Positions 8,398-16,495 of a DNA stretch of 24,103 bases are shown here, piece by piece. The first letter of the stretch is position 1, and each line of letters starts with the position of its first letter. Below the pieces are notes generated by a model. That model made no database searches and was not told the origin of the DNA. It was given only the letters and a program-made list of their open reading frames with translations. Made by a program: the position numbers and the translations under genes. This DNA comes from a virus (Duplodnaviria; Caudoviricetes): IMG/VR virus record IMGVR_UViG_3300030116_004521, positions 1-24,103 of that record. One strand, given 5' to 3'.

Positions 8398-9324
8398 ATG
8401 ACACAGTTTTATGTTAAAGATGGTGGTTCTTTTAGAGAAGTAAGCGAATTTTTTATTCGTGATGGTACATCATTTACAAATAAAACTGTAACAAATATTT
8501 TTGTAAAAGACAGTGGTAACTGGAGAGAAGTCTTTACCCTTTTTGAAACACCCACATCTTTTACTACAGCTACAAATGCAAACATAACCGTACCCACAAA
8601 TGCAAATGCAATTCACATACAATCTGCCGTAGGTGGCGGAGGTGGTGGTAATAGAGGACAAGATTATGACAAAGCTGGCGCTGAACAAGGTGGACCAGGG
8701 GGTGGATCAGGAGCTTTTCTATCAGATGTTGTATTTTCATTAACAGGTGGTGAAACACTCACTCCTACAATTGGCGCTGCTGGCGCTGCTGGTACCACTG
8801 TTTATTCAGGGGGTGGCCCTGCTGGTGGAGGAAACACATCTTTATCTGGATCAACTACAGGTGCTTTATTTACACTAACAGGGGGTGGTTCAGGTCAAGT
8901 ATCAGGAGGTAGTGTACAAGGACCAAGATCTAATTTAACAGGTGGCGTTGCAGGAACTATAAGTCAAATTGCAACCAAATTAACTTCTGGGACAACAGTA
9001 GATGGTTTAAACATTACAAGTTTCACAAGCGGTCCTGTTGGATCTTTTAATCAATCAGGAAGTGGCGCTGCAGGAAATAATGGTATTGACTATCCAGGTG
9101 ACAACTCAAATGGAGTTGGAGCTGGTGGTGCCGCTTCTTTTAGTGGTCAAGTTGCTGGAGGAGCTGGTGGTGATGCAGGTAATGGTGGCTCACCTGAATC
9201 AGGTCAAGTTGGAAAAACAGGTAGTCGTGGATCAGGTGGTGGTGGCGGTGGTACCGAACAAGGTGCTAATGGTGGCCCTGGCGGAGCTGGTGAAATAGTG
9301 TTTAGATTCATGAGGATTGCATAA
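8398..9324 (+). CDS. Glycine-rich tail adhesin / receptor-binding protein
   Basis: N-terminal triplicated hairpin (FYVKDGG/FFIRDGT/IFVKDSG), then a polyglycine domain: 'VGGGGGG', 'GGGSGA', 'TIGAAGAAG', 'GSGGGGGG', 'GGAGEIVFRF'. Confidence 0.7.
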   Translation: MTQFYVKDGGSFREVSEFFIRDGTSFTNKTVTNIFVKDSGNWREVFTLFETPTSFTTATNANITVPTNANAIHIQSAVGGGGGGNRGQDYDKAGAEQGGPGGGSGAFLSDVVFSLTGGETLTPTIGAAGAAGTTVYSGGGPAGGGNTSLSGSTTGALFTLTGGGSGQVSGGSVQGPRSNLTGGVAGTISQIATKLTSGTTVDGLNITSFTSGPVGSFNQSGSGAAGNNGIDYPGDNSNGVGAGGAASFSGQVAGGAGGDAGNGGSPESGQVGKTGSRGSGGGGGGTEQGANGGPGGAGEIVFRFMRIA

Positions 9325-11147
9325 TGCCATTAGCAAAATTAAACATAGCACCTGGTATAGATAAACAAGATACAGAGTATGGTGCAGAGGGACGTTGGGT
9401 TGATTCTGACAATGTTAGGTTTCACTACGGCTTACCACAAAAGGTAGGTGGTTGGCAGAAACTCATACCAGATACACTTATAGGTGTTGTAAGAGGTATT
9501 CATACATGGACAGATCTTAATGGTGTAAGATACACGGCTCTCGGAACAGATAGAAAATTTTACGTATACTCTGAAGGCACGGCATATGATGTAACACCTC
9601 TTAGGTTAGAAGCAGCATTAACAAATCCATTTACAACAAATGGCACTACAACAGTTACTGTGGCTCACACAAGTCATGGTGCAGGTCAAGGTGATTTTGT
9701 AACCTTTGATTCTTTTTCTGCGATTGATGGATTAGACATGAACGCAGAGTTTGAGATTACAACAGTGGTGGACGCAAACAGTTATAAAGTTACACACACA
9801 AGCGCAGCTTCTGGATCGACATCTGGTGGTGGCGGTTCTGGTAATTTAAAATATCAAATATCAATAGGCACAGATCAATCAGCTTATGGTTATGGTTGGG
9901 GAACAGATGCATGGAACGTTGATGCTTGGAATACACCAAGATCATCATCAACAGTTACACTTGATGCACGTAATTGGTCTTTTGACAATTTTGGTGAAGA
10001 CCTAATCGCTACTGTAAGTAAAGGCAAAACATTCTTATGGGACACGTCCAACGGAACAGGCGTGCGAGCAAACGCAATCTCTAATACACCAACAAACTCT
10101 AGATTTAATTTAGTATCAATGCCTGACAGACATGTATTTTTGTTTGGCACAGAAACAGTAATAGGTAATTCAACTACACAAGATGATTTATTTTTACGAT
10201 TTGCCTCACAAGAAACAACAAATGATTTCGTACCAACAGCTACCAATACTGCTGGGTCATTTAGAATACAAGATGGATCAAAGATTGTGTCGGCTGTAAG
10301 ATCACGTAATGCCGTATTGGTATGGACAGATACATCACTAAACGCATTACAGTTTGTAGGTGCACCTTTTACTTTTTCTCTTGTACAAATCGGTGCAAAC
10401 TGTGGCGCTGTAGGTGTACACTCAGCTGTAGATGTAAATGGTATAGCTTATTGGATGTCACAGAACGCTTTCTATCTTTACGATGGAGCTGTCAAAAAAA
10501 TACCATGTAGTGTACAAGACTATGTATTTGAAGACTTTTCAATAACACAACAGCCAGAAACATTTGCTGGTGTAAACTCAGAGTTTAATGAAGTTACTTG
10601 GTTTTATGCATCTAATACTTCTAATCAAATAAACAGATCTGTTACATACAACTATCTTGAGAAAACTTGGTATACATCAAACCTAGCTAGAACTACTTGG
10701 ACAGATTATGGTGTTTACCAAAGACCATATGCAACAAAATACAACACTGCAGACATACCAACTACCCCTACAGTAAAAGGCGTAACAGCGGGTGCCTCTA
10801 TATTTTATGAACACGAAGAAGGTGTTAATGATGACCAAACAGCTATGACTGCATTTATTACTTCTGGTGATTTTGACATACAAGATGGACAACAAATACT
10901 GTCTGTAAGTAGAGGTATACCAGATTTTAAAAATCAAGTAGGCACAGCTAACTTAACAATGGGTTTTAAAACGTATCCGTCAGATACAGGTACAACAATA
11001 AGCAGAGACGTAACTAATACAACTAAATTTTTTGATTTACGTGGCAGAGGTAGACAAACCAACGTTAAAATAACAAGTAATACGTTGGGTTCTGACTGGC
11101 GTTATGGTACATTAAGATTAGATATTAAACCAGATGGAGGTAGATAA
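9324..11147 (+). CDS. Tail hub / packaged-DNA stabilization protein (P22 gp10-like beta-propeller), putative
   Basis: 607 aa, Trp-rich beta-propeller-like pattern ('NVRF..GLPQKVGGW', 'WSFDNFGEDLIA', 'VLVWTD', 'FNEVTWFY', 'RTTW.D', 'RGRGRQ', 'WRYGTLRLDIKPDG.R'). Positioned between fibre genes and ejection genes. Confidence 0.7.
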   Translation: MPLAKLNIAPGIDKQDTEYGAEGRWVDSDNVRFHYGLPQKVGGWQKLIPDTLIGVVRGIHTWTDLNGVRYTALGTDRKFYVYSEGTAYDVTPLRLEAALTNPFTTNGTTTVTVAHTSHGAGQGDFVTFDSFSAIDGLDMNAEFEITTVVDANSYKVTHTSAASGSTSGGGGSGNLKYQISIGTDQSAYGYGWGTDAWNVDAWNTPRSSSTVTLDARNWSFDNFGEDLIATVSKGKTFLWDTSNGTGVRANAISNTPTNSRFNLVSMPDRHVFLFGTETVIGNSTTQDDLFLRFASQETTNDFVPTATNTAGSFRIQDGSKIVSAVRSRNAVLVWTDTSLNALQFVGAPFTFSLVQIGANCGAVGVHSAVDVNGIAYWMSQNAFYLYDGAVKKIPCSVQDYVFEDFSITQQPETFAGVNSEFNEVTWFYASNTSNQINRSVTYNYLEKTWYTSNLARTTWTDYGVYQRPYATKYNTADIPTTPTVKGVTAGASIFYEHEEGVNDDQTAMTAFITSGDFDIQDGQQILSVSRGIPDFKNQVGTANLTMGFKTYPSDTGTTISRDVTNTTKFFDLRGRGRQTNVKITSNTLGSDWRYGTLRLDIKPDGGR

Positions 11148-11314
11148 TGGCTAAAATTAATACAACTGTATTACCTACAGCAACACAGGAATATGAAGCT
11201 CTACAGTTTGATACATTAATTCGTATTCTTGAACAAATAACACAACAATTAAATTTTGGTTTTCAAGAAGATTTAAAAGAAGACTCTACAAGAAGGACTT
11301 TTTTCCTTGGCTGA
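11147..11314 (+). CDS. Small helical hypothetical protein (55 aa), likely virion-associated; not in ORF track
   Basis: MAKINTTVLPTATQEYEALQFDTLIRILEQITQQLNFGFQEDLKEDSTRRTFFLG*. TAATG-coupled to the gp10-like gene, fills the gap exactly and overlaps the next gene by 8 nt. Confidence 0.8.
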   Translation: MAKINTTVLPTATQEYEALQFDTLIRILEQITQQLNFGFQEDLKEDSTRRTFFLG

Positions 11315-11645
11315 TAATTTTAAAAGAGTAAGTGCAACAGGCACGGGATCACTGGTAGTTATAGCTACTGTGCCAGCATCAAATTTAAGCACAACACCAC
11401 CGACAGAACCTGCTACGTTCATACTAAAGAATGTGACAGTTTCTAATAAAAGTGGTGGTGCAGTGACAGCTGAGGTATCTATAAACGACAGCAGTGCGTC
11501 TGTCGAAACTCACATACTAGATGAAAGTGTAAACAACAACGCTGTAAAACATCTTACTACCACACAAGTTTTAGAACAAGGTGATACGGTAAAAGTAAAA
11601 GGCAGCGGCCTTAAATTTTCAATAAACTTTATGGAGATTATATAA
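11307..11645 (+). CDS. Small beta-sandwich virion protein (hypothetical)
   Basis: TTG start preceded by AGAAGGA (11291-11297). Alternating beta-strand pattern 'ILKNVTVSN', 'VLEQGDTVKV', 'FSINFMEI'. Confidence 0.7.
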   Translation: MADNFKRVSATGTGSLVVIATVPASNLSTTPPTEPATFILKNVTVSNKSGGAVTAEVSINDSSASVETHILDESVNNNAVKHLTTTQVLEQGDTVKVKGSGLKFSINFMEII

Positions 11646-11899
11646 TGTCAATTGGTAAGAAAGTACAAGATGCAGAACAAATAGGAACGGAAATGGTTGC
11701 GGGTAAAGAGGTGCCTATCTTAAAACCAGAAGTGTATGTAAAAATTTATTGTAAGAACTGTAATGCAGAAGTTGATGAAGAAGAACAAGCCACAGGTAAT
11801 TGTAACGACTGTGGTAATCCTTGGGCTTCAACTAAAGCCAAGGATATAACCATCCGTGTCGTTAAAATGCCTGGCACTGAAAGTGAGACTGGAGAATAA
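11645..11899 (+). CDS. Zinc-ribbon hypothetical protein
   Basis: CKNC...CNDC pair of CxxC motifs; TAATG-coupled. Confidence 0.7.
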   Translation: MSIGKKVQDAEQIGTEMVAGKEVPILKPEVYVKIYCKNCNAEVDEEEQATGNCNDCGNPWASTKAKDITIRVVKMPGTESETGE

Positions 11900-12052
11900 T
11901 TAATCTTCGCACTGACAGTTTTCACAACGGTGTTGTTCAGCGCTGTTAATGTGTCTTTCTAAATCTCTTTCTGCTGCTAATAATCTTTCGTGGTATCTGC
12001 TCACCTTGTCAGCAAGGTTAGCAATAGCCTTTAAATAATCTTGTTCGGTCAT
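11900..12052 (-). CDS. Small coiled-coil protein with Cys/His-rich tail (50 aa); not in ORF track
   Basis: MTEQDYLKAIANLADKVSRYHERLLAAERDLERHINSAEQHRCENCQCED*. Strong SD (CAGGAGAAAAT-ATG on the minus strand); its stop directly abuts the stop of 11645..11899. Confidence 0.8.
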   Translation of the reverse strand: MTEQDYLKAIANLADKVSRYHERLLAAERDLERHINSAEQHRCENCQCED

Positions 12053-12089
12053 ATTTTCTCCTGTTGATTGTTAATTTTGGTGAGAACCT

Positions 12090-12117
12090 AATGTAAACAT
12101 ATTTTTTTTAACTTCAA
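12090..12117 (-). promoter_or_regulatory. Putative sigma70-type promoter for 11900..12052
   Basis: Minus-strand TTGAAG-N16-TACATT in an AT-rich intergenic gap, about 40 nt upstream of the ATG. Confidence 0.35.
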
Positions 12118-12147
12118 CAGAACTTTTTAAAATTGTTTTCTTGACAA

Positions 12148-12438
12148 CTACGTAGTCTCTAAATAAGCGACGTGTAAATACTCTATTTTTGTCACCCAAC
12201 CACGTGGTATTGCAATAGAACCACCACCATGATTATCATCTTTATCGATGCACCAAGAGCGCATAATAACTATTTTTTGTTGATTTTTAATAACCATATA
12301 TCCTACTTCTTGACACACGGCTAACGGAGCATTTAAAATATCTTTTATAGGAAGCCAACCTGTCTCTGTATCACGTGCATCTAACCACGTAACACGGACC
12401 ATAGGCACTTTCTCTATATCAAAGTTCATATTTCTCAT
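12148..12438 (-). CDS. Conserved phage hypothetical protein (V.W.DA...GW...C...G...IP.G family)
   Basis: Recognisable small beta-barrel-like phage pattern 'VRVTWLDA....GW', 'CQEVGY', 'IAIPRGWVTKI'. The start may instead be the second Met (12429). Confidence 0.7.
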   Translation of the reverse strand: MRNMNFDIEKVPMVRVTWLDARDTETGWLPIKDILNAPLAVCQEVGYMVIKNQQKIVIMRSWCIDKDDNHGGGSIAIPRGWVTKIEYLHVAYLETT

Positions 12439-12466
12439 TGCACATTACTAGAAATTTGACTATATT
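12438..12466 (+). promoter_or_regulatory. Putative sigma70-type promoter for the internal-protein operon
   Basis: TTGCAC(12438-12443)-N17-TATATT(12461-12466). An alternative is TTGACT(12456)-N17-TAGGCT(12479). SD AGGAG at 12530-12534. Confidence 0.45.
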
Positions 12467-12537
12467 TATACGATTAATTAGGCTTATACTCAAGGCCAGC
12501 CTCCTTGCTTCAATCACATATATTGCAATAGGAGATT

Positions 12538-13419
12538 ATGCTTAAAAAACTAAGAAAAACGGTAGCTAAAATACTACCAGGTGATAGTGAAAAATATTTA
12601 GGAACTGCATTAGCACTTGCCACCGGAAACCCTCTATTTGCAGGAATTGGCGCATTGGCTGATCCTGATGCTGGATTTGGTGATATTGCTGCGGCAGCAT
12701 TTTTAGCTAGTCAATCACCAGGTTTAAAATTTGGTGGTGTAGATTTTACCAAAGGTAATCAACTTTTTGGTGATAATGCCTTTATGAGTGCTTTACAAGG
12801 TGGTGGAAAATTTGGAAAAGGCGCAAGTGGTTTTGGTGAATTTTTCCTAGGTAAAAAAGGTGTGGGTGACAAAGCAGGTGTTGATGGTTTGATTGGAAGT
12901 GACGGTAAATTTATACCTACTAAAACAGTAGACGGAAAAGAAAAAGTAGATGCAGCAAAATTATTAACTAATTTATCAAAAGCCTCAGCGGCAACAGGAG
13001 CTTTTTTACAACCAACCGGTGCATTTGATTTGCCTAAAGAAGAAGAAGTAGCAAATTTTCAATTTGGCACTGATTATGAAGGTAAACCTTTTAACACTGA
13101 AGAAGGAAAATTAATTGAATTATTATTAGGACAAGGAATAATAGGTCCTTACTATGATACAAGTGGACAATTAGTGCAAAATGTTGCAGATGGTGGTATA
13201 ATGAATTTAGCTGCAGGTGGTGATCCAAGTAGTTTCCCACGTAAGACTGGTCAAATTGATGGACCAGGCACGGGAACTTCTGATAGTATACCTGCTATGT
13301 TAAGTGATGGTGAATTTGTCATGACGGCAAAAGCTGTAAGAGGCGCTGGCGGTGGTGACAGAATGGAAGGTGCAAGAAAAATGTATGAAATGATGGACCA
13401 GTTTGAGGGACAAGCATAA
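12538..13419 (+). CDS. Putative internal virion / DNA-ejection protein 1
   Basis: Basic N-terminus followed by a Gly/Ala hydrophobic segment. C-terminal 'ADGG...AAGG...GPGTGTSDSIPAMLSDGEFVMTAKAV' module. Good SD. Confidence 0.65.
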   Translation: MLKKLRKTVAKILPGDSEKYLGTALALATGNPLFAGIGALADPDAGFGDIAAAAFLASQSPGLKFGGVDFTKGNQLFGDNAFMSALQGGGKFGKGASGFGEFFLGKKGVGDKAGVDGLIGSDGKFIPTKTVDGKEKVDAAKLLTNLSKASAATGAFLQPTGAFDLPKEEEVANFQFGTDYEGKPFNTEEGKLIELLLGQGIIGPYYDTSGQLVQNVADGGIMNLAAGGDPSSFPRKTGQIDGPGTGTSDSIPAMLSDGEFVMTAKAVRGAGGGDRMEGARKMYEMMDQFEGQA

Positions 13420-14372
13420 TGGCTGTACAACAACAAGTTACAACACAACTACCTCCACCATATGTGCAGGATAGACAAAAAGATTTATTAGCAACATTAT
13501 TTGGAACACCAGATCTTGATCCAAGTGATCCTAATTATGTACAAGGTTTAATTAATGTTCCTCGTAATATACCAATGCAACAAGTTGCAGGGTTCACGCA
13601 ACCTCAACAAGATGCATTTGCTTTAGCTCAACAAGGAATTGGCGCATTTCAACCATTTATAAATCAAGCAGAACAAACTGCTCTTACCGCAGGTCAGGCT
13701 CTTACAGGTGCAGCTCAACAGTTTACTCCCACAACAGCAGTCATTGATCAATTTAGAGATCCGTATCAACAATTTGTTACACAAGAAGCTTTAAAAGAAA
13801 TAGATAGACAAGGTGATATAGCTAGAACTAATTTAGCTGGACAAGCAACAAGAGCAGGAGCTTTTGGTGGCTCTAGATTTGGTGTACAACAAGCAGAACT
13901 AGATAGAAATATTGGTGATATTAAATCAAGAAGAGTATTTGAAGATGCGTCTAGAAACTATCAACAAGCATTAGCTTCAGCACAAGCTGCACAAGAAGCA
14001 CAACAAAGAAGACAACTAGGAGCTGGACAACAATTAGGCAATTTAGCAAGATTTCAAGCAGGTATTGGTCAATTAGGTCAAGGTATGTTTGGTCAAGATT
14101 TAAATACTTTACTAAGTATTGGTGGTCAGCAACAACAATTATTACAAGCAGGTTTAGAAGCTCAAAGACAAAATCTTGCAGCTCAACAACAAGAACCTTT
14201 CCAACGTATATCTTTTGGTACAGATATTTTAGCAGGCTTACCGTTTGGTGGTCAAACTATATCACAAATACCGGTAACACCTGCAAATCCATTTTTACAA
14301 TTTGCTGGGGGTATTGGAGCTCTTGGAACAGGTATTGGATCTTTATTAGAAGGTTTTGGGGCTTTAGGATAA
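13419..14372 (+). CDS. Putative DNA-transfer (ejection/pilot) protein 2, Gln/Ala-rich
   Basis: 'VAGFTQPQQDAF', 'DPYQQFV', 'AGAFGGSRFGVQQAE', long Q/A-rich helices and a Gly-rich hydrophobic C-terminus, as in P22-type pilot proteins. Confidence 0.7.
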   Translation: MAVQQQVTTQLPPPYVQDRQKDLLATLFGTPDLDPSDPNYVQGLINVPRNIPMQQVAGFTQPQQDAFALAQQGIGAFQPFINQAEQTALTAGQALTGAAQQFTPTTAVIDQFRDPYQQFVTQEALKEIDRQGDIARTNLAGQATRAGAFGGSRFGVQQAELDRNIGDIKSRRVFEDASRNYQQALASAQAAQEAQQRRQLGAGQQLGNLARFQAGIGQLGQGMFGQDLNTLLSIGGQQQQLLQAGLEAQRQNLAAQQQEPFQRISFGTDILAGLPFGGQTISQIPVTPANPFLQFAGGIGALGTGIGSLLEGFGALG

Positions 14373-16495
14373 TGTCTATTTACAACAGAAGGATGTTTAA
14401 CAATGTCCCGAATAACATGAGAACGAATTCACGTGGTGTTGGGATTACATCAGGTTTAGTTCCTGTCATTAAAGCTAATCAAGGAAAATTTATTGACAGT
14501 GCTGAATATCAAAAATTAAAAGCAATAGCAGAACAAATTGTTCCACAACAACAAGGATTTTTTGCAAGAAACGCACCAGCCTTATTTGATTTTTTTACAA
14601 GAGTATCTGAAGCAGGAGAGGGTGGAAAGCCCCTCATTGAAGGCGCTGGTGGTCTAAACCAATCTCCTGCAGGCAGATTATTTACTGGGCTTGCTAGTGC
14701 TGCTCCAGCTTTAGGTAATATTAAACCGTATGAGGACCAAGCAGGGAAATTAGCTGCATCAAAATTATTTGATATTGAAGCTGAAAGAATGACACAACAA
14801 GATGAACCAGACTATCTTGAAGTTTTTTTATTAGATGATGATCCTGACACAGGGGCTAAAAAAAATCAAAAAATTCCAATTTTAAGAGAGGATTTTGATT
14901 TAACTAAACATACTTTAGCTAAGCCTGATGACCCAGAAGATCAATTTTTAGAAGTTTATGCTAAGGAAGCAGATACAACTGAAGGTATTGAAAAAGGTCA
15001 AAAGATAAGAATTAACGCTGATGATTATGATGCTAGTAAGCATGATTTAGCTGCACCAGATAAAACAGAAGATACGTTCATTGAAGTTTATGCTAAGGAA
15101 GCAGATACAACTGATGGTATTGAAAAAGGTCAAAAGTTAAGAATTAACGCTGATGATTATGATGCAAGTAAGCATGATTTAGCTGCACCAAAAGAAGAAG
15201 AAAAAGATACATTTATTGAAGTTTATGCCAAGGAAGCAGATACAACTGAAGGTATTGAAAAAGGTCAAAAGTTAAGAATTAACGCTGATGATTATGATGC
15301 TAGTAAGCATGATTTAGCTGCACCAAAAGAAGAAGATAAACCAGATGACATAACAGTCTATAGTAAAGTAACCGATGAAGAAAAAGGAATTACTGAAGGT
15401 CAAGGTTTAAGAATTAGTTCTGATGATTTCGATCCTAAATTACATAATATGGCAGCACCAAGCGATGACAAAATATCAAATTTTCAAGAAAAATTAAATT
15501 ACATTGATACTTTAGATGTAACAGATGAGAAAAAACAAGAATTAATTTTTGGTTTAATAAATGGTAATAGAAATGTTCTATCTGCTGAAGAAGAAAAAGA
15601 TTTAATTTTGTTTGGAAAAGAGCTTGAATCTAAATTAAAAATTGCAGAGCCTATACTTAATAACGCTATAGCTGATGCAACGGAAGCAGCAGCATCAGAA
15701 ACTAATTTCTTATCACAAAAAGCTTTATTAGATGACGCTATTACAGGAAGATCTTTCTTTGATACTAGAAAATATTTTGGCGATTTAAAAGCACAATTCC
15801 CATCTTTGTATTCAATATTGCCATCTAACTTGCAAGAAACATTTGATAGTATTGTTGACGGTAGTGCTGTATCAACAGATGCAGCAATTGCATTATCTAA
15901 CAGAGCTACATTAACGACCGCAAAAGGCGGAGCAATACCAGGAAATTTAAATACAAAAGAATTTGATGCAATCGTACAGTCTAATTCAGCTGTGTTTTTT
16001 CATCCAGAAGCACAGTCTTTTATAATTGATTTAAATATTAAAGATGCACAAATAAAACAAGAAAAAGGTAAATTAGTTGAAGAGTTATTTACAAAGGGAA
16101 CAGTAAATGGCGAAGAATTTAATTTAGCAGACGGTGCAATAAAAATTTTAAATATTACAAATCAAAAATATGAAGATTATAAAAATTCTGATGAATATAA
16201 AGCAGGTGTAAACAGAGTTCTAAATGTAGGAGAATTAGTGCCAACAAGTGTTTTAGCAAAATCTGAAAGAGATATAATTATCAATGATGTAAACATAGGT
16301 CAAACAAAAGAATTATTTGCAAATGGCGAATTAAGTTTTGTAGGTTACTCAAACGCTGATGGCGTATTTGTTAATCCTGCAAATGGAGTATCAATAACAG
16401 TTAAACCTAACACCCCAGTATATAGTATCTTTAGAGGTGAAATCACTGGTGATAAAGCTACAGTTTATTTAGCTACACAGGATGAATTGTTGTAA
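14372..16495 (+). CDS. Putative ejection protein 3 with internal tandem repeats
   Basis: 707 aa, acidic and helical, in the ejection cluster. Contains five 44-45 aa repeats. Confidence 0.6.
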   Translation: MSIYNRRMFNNVPNNMRTNSRGVGITSGLVPVIKANQGKFIDSAEYQKLKAIAEQIVPQQQGFFARNAPALFDFFTRVSEAGEGGKPLIEGAGGLNQSPAGRLFTGLASAAPALGNIKPYEDQAGKLAASKLFDIEAERMTQQDEPDYLEVFLLDDDPDTGAKKNQKIPILREDFDLTKHTLAKPDDPEDQFLEVYAKEADTTEGIEKGQKIRINADDYDASKHDLAAPDKTEDTFIEVYAKEADTTDGIEKGQKLRINADDYDASKHDLAAPKEEEKDTFIEVYAKEADTTEGIEKGQKLRINADDYDASKHDLAAPKEEDKPDDITVYSKVTDEEKGITEGQGLRISSDDFDPKLHNMAAPSDDKISNFQEKLNYIDTLDVTDEKKQELIFGLINGNRNVLSAEEEKDLILFGKELESKLKIAEPILNNAIADATEAAASETNFLSQKALLDDAITGRSFFDTRKYFGDLKAQFPSLYSILPSNLQETFDSIVDGSAVSTDAAIALSNRATLTTAKGGAIPGNLNTKEFDAIVQSNSAVFFHPEAQSFIIDLNIKDAQIKQEKGKLVEELFTKGTVNGEEFNLADGAIKILNITNQKYEDYKNSDEYKAGVNRVLNVGELVPTSVLAKSERDIIINDVNIGQTKELFANGELSFVGYSNADGVFVNPANGVSITVKPNTPVYSIFRGEITGDKATVYLATQDELL
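14810..15460 (+). repeat. Intragenic tandem repeat, five units of 132-135 nt (three nearly identical)
   Basis: Equivalent positions at 14819, 14951, 15083, 15218 and 15353. Core EVYAKEADTT[ED]GIEKGQK[IL]RINADDYDASKHDLAAP is nearly identical at DNA level in units 2-4; the outer units are degenerate. Confidence 0.95.

Noticed and set aside
8394-8417. TAATG-coupled 7-codon mini-ORF (MHDTVLC) overlapping the adhesin start
   Set aside because: Too short to support; ATG 8398, 3 nt after the stop, accounts for the coupling.
208-10937. Minus-strand ORFs 208..525, 3466..3777, 5902..6087, 8124..8372, 8409..8597, 8470..8688, 8570..8758, 9890..10246, 10683..10937
   Set aside because: They are antisense shadows of well-supported structural genes, with no recognisable motifs; they are expected from the biased Gly/Thr/Ser/Ala codon usage.
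11291-11314. Possible +1 frameshift at ACTTTTTTC fusing 11147..11314 with 11307..11645
   Set aside because: An SD-like AGAAGGA with a suitably spaced TTG start explains the overlap more simply, and no stimulatory structure was seen.
14810-15460. Repeat array considered as a CRISPR array or DGR template/variable repeat
   Set aside because: Units are 132-135 nt, in frame and without unique spacers. Differences are not adenine-specific, and no cas or reverse transcriptase gene is in the window.
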